Below, piece after piece: positions 26,833-35,796 of a stretch of 56,718 bases of DNA (position 1 is its first letter; every line of letters starts with the position of its first letter). The stretch comes from an uncultured Verrucomicrobiae bacterium. Its GTDB lineage: Bacteria; Verrucomicrobiota; Verrucomicrobiia; Opitutales; JABDGR01. The stretch covers positions 1 through 56,718 of the forward strand of contig CAVXVB010000010.1 in assembly GCA_963765205.1 (NCBI GenBank), in the 5' to 3' direction. The notes beneath the pieces were generated by a model that was given only the letters and a program-made list of their open reading frames with translations, had not been told where the DNA came from and searched no databases. Position numbers and translations under genes: made by a program.

Positions 26833-27987
26833 TTAGATTCCTAAATTAGACTGAACGTTCTTAAGGCCAAATTGGCCAAATCGCAACACTTTCACTTTGT
26901 TTTCCGGAAAAGAGCCTGCCTTTCGCGCTTCAACCCCCATTGTTTCGACCTTCAGTCGTCCTTTACCTTCCAACACAGCAAGCATGGCTTTAGCATTGAG
27001 AAATGGTGTTTCGCAAAGCGCAAACATGTTAGCGTCCGCCATCGAAACCTCCTTCCCGTCAAATTCGCGATGAAGCGCTTCGGCATATTCTTCTGGCTTG
27101 TCGTTGTGAAAGAGAAATTCCTGCTCCACATGCGCGTCGGAGAATGAGTAAGAGCCGCTTTTATCGATTTTTTTCATCGCCTCCTTCATTTTCTCAAGTC
27201 CAAGTGGGTGTTTGGTCGCAAAAACAAGGTGGTAATTGAGCGTGTCTTGCCCTCCCCTCATCGCAAACGACCAAGTTAATACGCCAGGCAGCGTTTTAAG
27301 GCGCTTTTTATAAAGATCCAGAATTTGAACAGATAAACGCTTGAGGTCACCTTGTGCCGTCAACTCATTACGCCAACAATCATTTCCAAAGAGATCGGTC
27401 AATTGTGCCTCCCGGTTGTTGTTATTTTCCGCCGCGAACATTCGCCCAATGCCATCCGCATCAAGATTGATCAAAAGTTCTACCCTCTCTGCCTTCATAC
27501 AGTCCGCAAAAGTTCGGAATGGAATACCTGTCCCACCGAACGGGTCTGCGAAAACAAATAAAGGGCCCTTGCCGGCAAAAGGCTCTGGCACTTCTTTCCT
27601 CACCTCATTAATTCCATCGACAAATTCACACTGCTGCAAAGTTATCCCGATGCCCTGCCTTCCAATATAGGGTGCCACCGTCTCTTTCAGAATTTTGAAC
27701 CGATCGGCTTGGCTTTCAATAAAGGCGCAGTGGAATCGGCGTGCAATAAATTCATGGCCGAGACCTTGAATTGCTTCTTCAACCGCTCGCATGGCCGCAA
27801 GGGGCGACCCTTCGTCATGATTCCGATAATAGCCAGGCCCGGCGAACCCATCAACGTAAAGAATGACCTCGCCACGTCTACTTTTCCCAAATATGCGAAA
27901 CCAAGCATGTAGATAGCCTTTTAAAATGGCAATCTTTGCGATGGTGTGCGGATCTGCATCCCAGACCACTGGAAGCCGCTTTGACAT
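26833..27987 (-). CDS. tcmP: Three-Cys-motif partner protein (TcmP), methyltransferase-like fold
   Basis: PHTIAKIAILKGYL, YVDGFAGPG...GSPL, FVFADPFG, YHLVFATKHPLGLEKMKEAM; lies 4 bp upstream of the DUF5131 gene, its established partner. Confidence 0.88.
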   Translation of the reverse strand: MSKRLPVVWDADPHTIAKIAILKGYLHAWFRIFGKSRRGEVILYVDGFAGPGYYRNHDEGSPLAAMRAVEEAIQGLGHEFIARRFHCAFIESQADRFKILKETVAPYIGRQGIGITLQQCEFVDGINEVRKEVPEPFAGKGPLFVFADPFGGTGIPFRTFADCMKAERVELLINLDADGIGRMFAAENNNNREAQLTDLFGNDCWRNELTAQGDLKRLSVQILDLYKKRLKTLPGVLTWSFAMRGGQDTLNYHLVFATKHPLGLEKMKEAMKKIDKSGSYSFSDAHVEQEFLFHNDKPEEYAEALHREFDGKEVSMADANMFALCETPFLNAKAMLAVLEGKGRLKVETMGVEARKAGSFPENKVKVLRFGQFGLKNVQSNLGI

Positions 27988-28040
27988 GATAGGTAATCTG
28001 AAACATTCACCGGCCTAATCAAACCAAAAAATATAAAAAT

Positions 28041-29858
28041 TTACCGCGGCGGCGCGGCGGCTTCCAATTCCTCCCAGCGGGCGAAGGCTTGGGCGTGTTC
28101 TTGCTCAATAATTTCGAGCCGCTGTTTCGCCGCCGTCACCCCCGCCGCGTCTTTTTTATAAAAGCCCGGGTCGGCGAGTTTTTCCGCGAGTTGCGCCTGC
28201 TCGCGCTCGAGCGCTTCGATCCGCGCGGGCAATCCTTCGAGTTCCTTGCGTTCTTTCCCATTCGTTTTCGCGGAATTTTTGCCCGTGGATTTTTGCCCGC
28301 CGCCCGCCCGCGCCGGTGAATTTTTTGCGGAGGCATTGGAAACCGGCGCCTGGTTTGCCAGGCGCTGCTGCTTCCAGTCCGTGTAGCCGCCGACGTAATC
28401 GCCGATTTGCCCGCCGCCCTCGAAGACGAGCGTGCTCGTGACGACGTTGTCCAGAAACTCGCGGTCGTGGCTGATGACGAGGAGCGTGCCGTTGAACTCG
28501 ACCAGCAGGTCCTCGAGCAGTTCCAGCGTCTCGGCGTCCAGGTCATTGGTCGGCTCGTCCATGACGAGGACGTTGGCGGGCTTGGTGAAGAGCCGCGCGA
28601 GCAGCAGCCGGTTGCGCTCGCCGCCCGAGAGCACCCGCGCGGGCGTGCGCGCGCGCTGCGGCTCGAACAGAAAATCCTGGAGGTAGCTGATGATGTTGCG
28701 CGTCCGCCCGTCAATCGTCACCGTGTCGTTGCCCCCGGCGATGTTGTCCGCGACGGATTTCGCGTCGTCAATCTGCGCGCGGAGCTGGTCGAAGTAAACG
28801 ACTTCCAGGCGCGTGCCATGCGTGATCGTTCCGGAAGTCGGCGCGATTTCGCCGAGGAGCAGTTTGATCAAGGTCGTCTTGCCCGCGCCGTTCGGGCCGA
28901 TGAGGCCGATCTTGTCGCCGCGGATGATGGTCGTGCTGAAGTCGCGCACCAGCGGCGGCTGGCCGGGCCACGCGAAGGTGACATTTTCCACCGCGACGAC
29001 TTTGACGCCCGAGCGCTCGGCCTCGGCCAGCCGCAGCGTCGCGTTGCCGGTGCGCTCGCGGCGGGCGCGGCGCTCGGCGCGCATTTCCTGCAACTGGTTG
29101 ATGCGGCTTTGCGCGCGCGTGCGCTGGGCGCGGACGCCCCGGCGCACCCACGCCTCCTCCTGCGCGAGTTTTTTGTCGAACAGCGCGCGCTGTTTTTCCT
29201 CCGCCTCCAGCACCTCCTGCTTGCGCGCGAGGTAGGTGTCGTAGTCGCAGGACCAGCTCACCAGCCGCCCGCGGTCCAGCTCGATGATGCGCGTCGCGAG
29301 CCGCCGCAAAAACGCCCGGTCGTGCGTGACGAACAGCAGGCTGAGCTTCGATTCGAGGAGAAAATTCTCCATCCACACAATGGATTCCACGTCCAAATGG
29401 TTGGTCGGCTCGTCGAGCAGCAGCAAGTTGGGCTGGGCCGCCAGCGCGCGGGCCAGCAGCGTCCGCCGCTTGAGGCCGCCGGACAGCTCGGCAAATTCCT
29501 GGTGGGGGTTCAGGCGCAGGCGCGCGAGCAAGTCATCGAGCCGCACGTCCTTTTCCCAATCCTCCTCATGCCCGCCGGGGTCGCGCAGGCCCGCCGCCAC
29601 GATGTCGTGGACCGTGCCGCGCACGTCGGTTGGAATCTCCTGCGTCAGCCGGGTGGCGACGGAGCCGTCGGGCCGGAACACCGAGCCGGAGTCGGCGGCC
29701 AATTCGCCGGCGATGACGCGCATCAAGGTGGATTTGCCCGCGCCGTTGCGCCCCACCAGGCACACGCGCTCGCCGGGGTCCACCTGCAGGTTGACCTTGT
29801 CCAGGATGAGCGGACCGCCAAACGAGAGGTCGAGATCGAGCAGACTAAGCAAAGCCAT
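28041..29858 (-). CDS. uup: ABC-F family ATPase Uup
   Basis: Two ABC cassettes (GRNGAGKS / LSGG / LLLDEPTNHLD and GPNGAGKT / LSGGERNR / DEPTNDLD), 'EEAWVRRGVRAQRTR' linker, and Uup C-terminal coiled coil (ELEGLPARIEALE...RWEELE). Confidence 0.93.
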   Translation of the reverse strand: MALLSLLDLDLSFGGPLILDKVNLQVDPGERVCLVGRNGAGKSTLMRVIAGELAADSGSVFRPDGSVATRLTQEIPTDVRGTVHDIVAAGLRDPGGHEEDWEKDVRLDDLLARLRLNPHQEFAELSGGLKRRTLLARALAAQPNLLLLDEPTNHLDVESIVWMENFLLESKLSLLFVTHDRAFLRRLATRIIELDRGRLVSWSCDYDTYLARKQEVLEAEEKQRALFDKKLAQEEAWVRRGVRAQRTRAQSRINQLQEMRAERRARRERTGNATLRLAEAERSGVKVVAVENVTFAWPGQPPLVRDFSTTIIRGDKIGLIGPNGAGKTTLIKLLLGEIAPTSGTITHGTRLEVVYFDQLRAQIDDAKSVADNIAGGNDTVTIDGRTRNIISYLQDFLFEPQRARTPARVLSGGERNRLLLARLFTKPANVLVMDEPTNDLDAETLELLEDLLVEFNGTLLVISHDREFLDNVVTSTLVFEGGGQIGDYVGGYTDWKQQRLANQAPVSNASAKNSPARAGGGQKSTGKNSAKTNGKERKELEGLPARIEALEREQAQLAEKLADPGFYKKDAAGVTAAKQRLEIIEQEHAQAFARWEELEAAAPPR

Positions 29859-29956
29859 AAGCACCCCACCCTACCCGCGAACCAGCGCGCCTGCAATGCG
29901 CAAAGGGAAATCCGTTCCACCGGGAAGGCGAATTGTCACGTTTGACGGTGCCTCAA

Positions 29957-30017
29957 GCGTCGCTACGCGACGCCTTGCGGATGGCGTTTCGTTTCCGCGG
30001 ACTCAAGCCCACGGCTA
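29957..30017. repeat. REP-like palindromic element, left island flank
   Basis: Hairpin GCGTCGC-tac-GCGACGC (29957-29973) and imperfect palindrome CCGCGGACTCAAGCCCACGG followed by CTA (29995-30017). Confidence 0.55.
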
Positions 30018-30057
30018 GTTCCACGTATGGATTCCATAAGCATTTGCGTCAGATGGT

Positions 30058-30180
30058 GTTAAATAAATCTTATGCTTTCGCAAAAGAGTATCTGGGTTGA
30101 AATTAAAGTTGTTTATTGATTATATATATTTAATAATATATAATATAGTTACGATAACAGAATAATTATATTTTCTAATG
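30058..30180 (+). promoter_or_regulatory. Very AT-rich region upstream of the STAND operon; probable promoter region
   Basis: TATATATATTTAATAATATATAATATAG and similar tracts in an otherwise GC-rich contig, 130-250 bp before the first operon gene. Exact -35/-10 not assigned. Confidence 0.45.
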
Positions 30181-30311
30181 GGAGCGGCAAGCGTTCGACG
30201 GCCCAACTGACCGATGAAAATACTACGAATGATGTTGGCGCAGGCCCACTTGTTACTCATATGATGACGGCGTGTAACTGTATCCCCCGCCCACCAACAT
30301 GCTTTACGGCC

Positions 30312-33300
30312 ATGAGCCCCAACCCCGAGCTTACCCGCCTGCCTTATCCCGTGGCGCTGACCGCGCAACGGCTCGAAGACGGCTTGGCCAGTGACGAGGA
30401 TGTAGTTAAGACACTGTTGCGGCTGAAGGATTGTTTTGAGGCATCCATCAAATACCTCGGTTCGGTAGTGCTAGTGGATTATTTTCATAGCCCCGCTGTC
30501 CAGTCGGCGCGCACGGAAGCTCTGCTGCAAAAGATGATTCGACCGTCGCTGGGGGTGTGGGTGTCCACGATTGTCGGTGACGTGAGTCGATGGCTGGTAG
30601 CCAATTTGGACGACAGCCAAATTCCGCCGGTCGCGCGCTTGTTTATTTCGCCCGGTCAAGGTCAAGGGGCCAATCCCAAGTCCACGGAATTGTTTCAGCA
30701 AGCCGAGGCCTTTGTGGCCTACCGCAACGATGCCCTGGGGCACGGCGCACTTCGGTCGGATGCCACTTACCGGCAGGACCTCTCACGCTGGCAACCCCTG
30801 TTGCGGCAATTATTGGACGCCGTGGCCAGTCTCGCGCCGTGGCAACTATGCCTGGTCACGGATCCCGACCAATGCCAATCTTGGATGGGGCCTTTGCCCA
30901 GTGCATCCCGAGAATCGGTCCCTTTCCTGCGCGAGCAGGTTGGACATTTTGTCCTCATCCGCCCGGTGGAGCGCCTCCGCGTGGAGGTCAAAGACCTCCA
31001 TCCTTTTGTCTGTCTCCTTCCTGACAATGGACAAACGCACCGGCTGCATTATTATGATTTCCTGCACCGCTATCAGGAAACGCGCAAGGAAGCTGCCATG
31101 CTTGAATACGACGAGGGCTTCAAGCGAGCGTTCCCGGACCCACTGCCCGGACTGGAGGACGTTTTTACCCGGGAACTGCTGGCGCAGACCTTCAAGCGTC
31201 ATCAAAGTGCAATGCGCGAGATTGATGGCCGCGTCGCAAACTTCAGCGAATTGCTCGCCCAGCACGCGCACATCGTGGGCCGGGCGTTCGCGCTCGAACG
31301 GGTGCAAAAGTTTGTGGCGGAAAACGACCGCGGACTGCTGGTGATCGAGGCCGAGCCGGGCAAGGGCAAGACCGCCCTACTGGCGCACCTCATTGAGGAG
31401 ACTTTCGGCCATTATGCGCCCCCACCGGTGCATTTCTTCTACCGCCGCACTGCCGGCATTCAGAACCCCAACGTGTGCGTACGCAGTCTCTACGGCGCGT
31501 TGCTGGAAGCGCACAACCTCACTGAGGCCGAGGAATCGCGCGCGCAGCAGGACGCCGACGCCGTCTTTACCAAGCTCACCAACCTGCTTTCCCATGAGAT
31601 TGCACCGCGCCTTTTGCCTAGCCGACCGCAGCTCATTTTCATAGACGCGCTCGACGAGGCGGGTTCTGGCTCCATGGGCAGTACCGCCTTCCAGCGCGTG
31701 CCCGAAAACATTCCGGCAGGGGTGTATTTCATCGTGACCACCCGCCCTGTGAAAGAACGCGCGTCCCTGGCCCGGCGCGACAACCTTCATTGGCTCAACC
31801 TCGACGCGCTGGAATTCCGTGAATACAACCTGTGGGACAGCCAATTGTATGTTATCACCAAAATGGCCGATGCGGGCCTGGGCCCGGACACGCTCGCGGA
31901 AATTGCGCGCCTGGGCGCGGGTAATTTTCTCGTGCTGACGTTGCTGTGCCGACACCTTCGAACGGGACTGCGTTCGTCGGAGGTCGCAGATTTTCTGCAT
32001 CGGCTGGCGACTAACGGCGCCAAAGACATGCTCGGGTTCATCTACGAGGAATTCTGGGAACGGCTGGCGGAACGCTGCACCAGTGCGGACATGAATGTGC
32101 TCTGTGATGTGGCCGGGCTGTTCGCCACTGCTCAAGCTCCTGTTACGGCGGACATTCTTTGCGAGTGTCTCGAGTTGCGCGCGGGGGACTGGGACTTCGC
32201 GCTCCGGCGCCTGGGGGAATATCTCGCCATCATGGACGAGGAGCAAGCGGACGCACGCCAAGTTTTTTATCGGATTTACCATGAGACGTTCGCCGATTTC
32301 CTGCGCGGCAAATTTCACACTCACGAGCACCGTTTTAATGAGCTGTTGGGCAATTACGCCCTCGGGTGGGCCGCGCGTGACGACGGCTACGAACGCACCT
32401 TCAGCCTGCGCTTCGCGCCGACGCACCTGATTGCCGCCCGCCGTTGGGACGATTTGGAAAAACTTCTCACTGATCTGACTTTCCTTGAAGCCAAAAACGA
32501 AGCTGGGTTGGTCTTCGACCTGGCCACCGATTTCACCAACACCGTCAACGCCGTGCCCGCCGGGCGGCCCCAGCGCCATATCTTGGAATTGCTGGGCGAA
32601 GCTCTACGTCGTGAAATTCACTTTATCGCCCGACATGCAAAAGACTACCCGCAGGCATTATTTCAAGTTCTTTGGAATAATTGCTGGTGGTATGATTGCC
32701 CGGAGGTCGTTCCTCACTATAAGGAAGCCAAAGGCGAGTGGGTGCAACCCGCCCTGAAGCTATGCACCCTCATGGAAAACTGGCGCACGCAAAAAGAAAC
32801 CGTCCAGCCGGGATTTTATTGGGTCTGCTCGAAAGGACTGCCCCTGCAACCGCTCGGTGGCGGGCAGAGGACCGTCCTGCGCGCACATGAAGGCCCGATT
32901 GAGAGCGTTTGCTTCTCACCGGACGGAAGCACGCTCGCCAGCGGGTCTTGGGACAACACAGTGCGGGTGTGGGACTCCGCCAGTGGCCGGGAACGGGCCA
33001 TCCTGCGTGGGCATGATCTCACAGTTACGAGTGTCTGTTTCTCGCCGGACGGCGTACTCTCGCCAGCGGATCGGATGACAAAACGGTGCGGTTGTGGGAC
33101 GCCGCCAACGGGCAGGAACGGGCCGTCCTGCGCGGACATGAAGGCTTGGTTTCGAGCGTCTGTTTCTCGCCGGATGGGCGCATGCTCGCCAGCGGGTCGT
33201 CAGACAAAACGGTGCGGGTCTGGGACGCCGTTAGCGGCCAGGAATGGGCCGTCGTGTGCGGACATGAAAGCGGGGTTACGAGCGTTTGTTTCGCGCCGGA

Positions 33301-34758
33301 TGGGCGCACCTTCGCCAGTGGGTCGTCAGACAAAACGGTGCGGGTCTGGGACGCCGCCAGCGGCCAGGAACGGGCCGTACTGCGCGGACATGAAGACCGA
33401 GTTTCGAGCGTCTGTTTCTTGCCGGACGCGCACACCCTTGTCAGCGGGTCTTATGATCGTACCCATGAGGGTGTGGGATGCGGCCAGCGGCCAGGAACAG
33501 GCCGTCGTGCGCGGACATATACACCGGGTTTCGAGCGTTTGTTGCTCGCCGGACGGAAGCACACTCGCGAGCGGGTCGTGGGACAAAACGGTCCGGGTGT
33601 GGGATGCCGCCAGTGGCCGGGAACAGGCCGTCCTGCGCGCACATGAAAGTCCGGTATGGAGCGTATGTTTCTCGCCAGACTCGCGTACGCTCGCCAGCGG
33701 GTCTTGGGATCACACGGTGCGGATATGGGATGCAGCCAGCCGCCAGGAACAAGCCATCCTGCACGGTCATCAAAGCGGGGTTAAGAGCGTTTGCGCCTCG
33801 CTAGATGGGCGCATCCTCGCCAGCGGGTCGTCAGACAAAACCGTGAGGGTGTGGGATGCGGCCAGCGGCCAGGAACGACGCGTCCTGCGCGGTCACCAAG
33901 GCTCGGTTTCGAGTATTTGTTTCTCGCCGGAGGGGTGTACCTTTCGCCAGCGGATCGTATGACAGCTCAGTCCGGTTGTGGGACGCCGCCAGCGGTCAGG
34001 AAAGAGGCGTCCTATGCGGACATGAAGACTCGGTTTTGTGTGTTTCTTTCTCACCAGACGGGCGAACTTTCGCCAGCGGGTCACGGGATCACACGGTGCG
34101 GGTGTGGGACGTCGCCAGTGGCCAGGAACGATTCATCCTGCGCGGACATGAAAACTGGGTTACGAGTGTTTGTTTCTCATCGGATGGGAGCAAAATCGCC
34201 AGCGGGTCGTGGGACAAAACAGTGCGGGTGTGGGACGTCGCCAGTGGCCGGGAACAGGCCGTCTTGCGCGGACATGAACGCGAGGTTACGAGCATTTGTT
34301 TCTCGCCGGACGGGCGCAGCATCGCCAGCGGCGGGTCGTGGGGCGACCTCACGGTGCGGGTGTGGAACGTCGCCAGTGGCCGGGAACAGGCCATTCTGCG
34401 CGGTCATAAAAGCCGGGTTTCGAGCGTTTGTTTTTCGCTGAATGGACACACCCTCGCCAGCGGGTCGTATGACAAAACGATGCGAGTGTGGGAACCCGCC
34501 AGCGGAAAATGCCTTGAGGTGATTCAGGGATCCGGGGATACACAGGCCATCGCAGCGGGTTGTGAAAGTTTTCCCTGGTGGGCGTTGAGTCAGCAATTCG
34601 AAACTGTCATCGAGTGCGCCACCAGGAAAATTCCTGTGGCGTGGTTCGAGGCCGCCATTGAAAATATCAACACCAATCCTAATGGACGCGCTTGGACGGG
34701 CCGCTTGGTGAACCAAATTTACTTTATTCGCCTCGAAGATGGGGCCGATAAATCATGA
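30312..34758 (+). CDS. NLR-like STAND (NACHT/AAA-type) ATPase #1: HEPN-like N-terminus, ATPase, 13 WD40 repeats (~1480 aa after correcting indels at ~33053, ~33463, ~33942)
   Basis: Walker A AEPGKGKT, Walker B LIFIDALDE, HFFYRR, YRIYHETFADFL; N-terminal RNDALGH. WD40 repeats are continuous across ORFs 30261..33962, 33086..33646 and 33856..34758. Confidence 0.88.
32878..34510 (+). repeat. 13 tandem, highly similar 126-bp WD40-coding repeats
   Basis: L(R/C/H)(G/A)H...V.SVCFSPDG..LASGS.D.TVRVWD.ASG.E recurs at ~126-bp spacing with DNA-level similarity. Confidence 0.92.
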
Positions 34759-34797
34759 AGCATTTCAAATGCAAGTTCCACGCAACTCTATCAACAT

Positions 34798-35718
34798 ATG
34801 CATACCGCAGACTTAATCCGCCGTGAAGGGGTGGAGAATGCCGAGCCGTTTTCTGCGATGCTGCCGACGCTGGAGCATTGCTTCGGGCAACTTTCGGTCA
34901 AAAGGCAGTCGCACCTTGATGCTGTGACGCGGTTGGGCCACGGCTTCATCCAATTGCGCCGACGCGAAGAACCAAACTATCCGAACGCTGCCACCGGCCC
35001 CGAGGCGGAACGATCCACCCTGCGTCTTTTGCTGGCGTGGAACCTCCATGATTTCGGCGACATCCCGGTCAAAATTCCCGTCGAGTTTATTCACACCGAG
35101 GCCACGGCCCGCCGCCGCGAGGAAATCAAGCGCGGTGACTGGATTTCCTCCGCCCCTTACGACGACGAAAAATTCGACGCGCCGATCCGCGGCTGGCTCA
35201 TCCACCAGGCTATTCGCGCCGCCCTCGACGCCGACGCGCCATTGACGGCCCCATCCGACGCCATCATCACCCAGCTTGGATTGCCAGCCACCTTGCGGCG
35301 CAAGCTCAGCGCTTTGGAACGCGAGCAACTCGACTGGAACGCGCTCGTGGCCTACCAGCACCATGAGTATTTCGACGGCAAGGGCTGGCCGCGCGGCGTC
35401 AAACTCGACCCGAACGACCCGCTGATGGACGTGACGTTCGCCGATTTTCAAAGCGGCTGGTATGCCGACAAAATGTCGCGCGGCGACAAAGCGCGCCCGA
35501 TTTCCGCCACGCTGCCCGCCGACGTTTTTGCTGCGATGGAAGTGCGCCAAATCGAGAGCCTGGCTCGCAACCCCGCCGGGGCGCCGATGTATCACCGGGG
35601 CTGGCTCGCCTTGGTCAAAGCGTATCCCACCGAGGTTGACGCCTTGATTGACGGCATTTTCCCTGACGTGCGCCGACGCCGGGAAAAGCCGCCTGCACTA
35701 CCTGCGAAGGCCGGATAG
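34798..35718 (+). CDS. Stand-alone HD-GYP-like phosphohydrolase
   Basis: SHLDAVTRLG, AWNLHDFG (HD), QHHEYFDGKGWPRG (matches HHExxDGxGYP with GWP) and VTFAD, in HD-GYP order. Confidence 0.75.
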   Translation: MHTADLIRREGVENAEPFSAMLPTLEHCFGQLSVKRQSHLDAVTRLGHGFIQLRRREEPNYPNAATGPEAERSTLRLLLAWNLHDFGDIPVKIPVEFIHTEATARRREEIKRGDWISSAPYDDEKFDAPIRGWLIHQAIRAALDADAPLTAPSDAIITQLGLPATLRRKLSALEREQLDWNALVAYQHHEYFDGKGWPRGVKLDPNDPLMDVTFADFQSGWYADKMSRGDKARPISATLPADVFAAMEVRQIESLARNPAGAPMYHRGWLALVKAYPTEVDALIDGIFPDVRRRREKPPALPAKAG

Positions 35719-35796
35719 TGGCTTGCGCCCGCCAGACCTCATCCACAAACTTTGCCGTTTCACCCATCGGCTTGAATAACCCCAGGAATTGTTCCC

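Noticed and set aside
28407..30018. 512-aa and 244-aa plus-strand ORFs
   Set aside because: Antisense to uup.
30031..30080. dif/Xer-like site at the left island edge
   Set aside because: Only a partial TGTTAAAT match, without correct 11-6-11 arm spacing.
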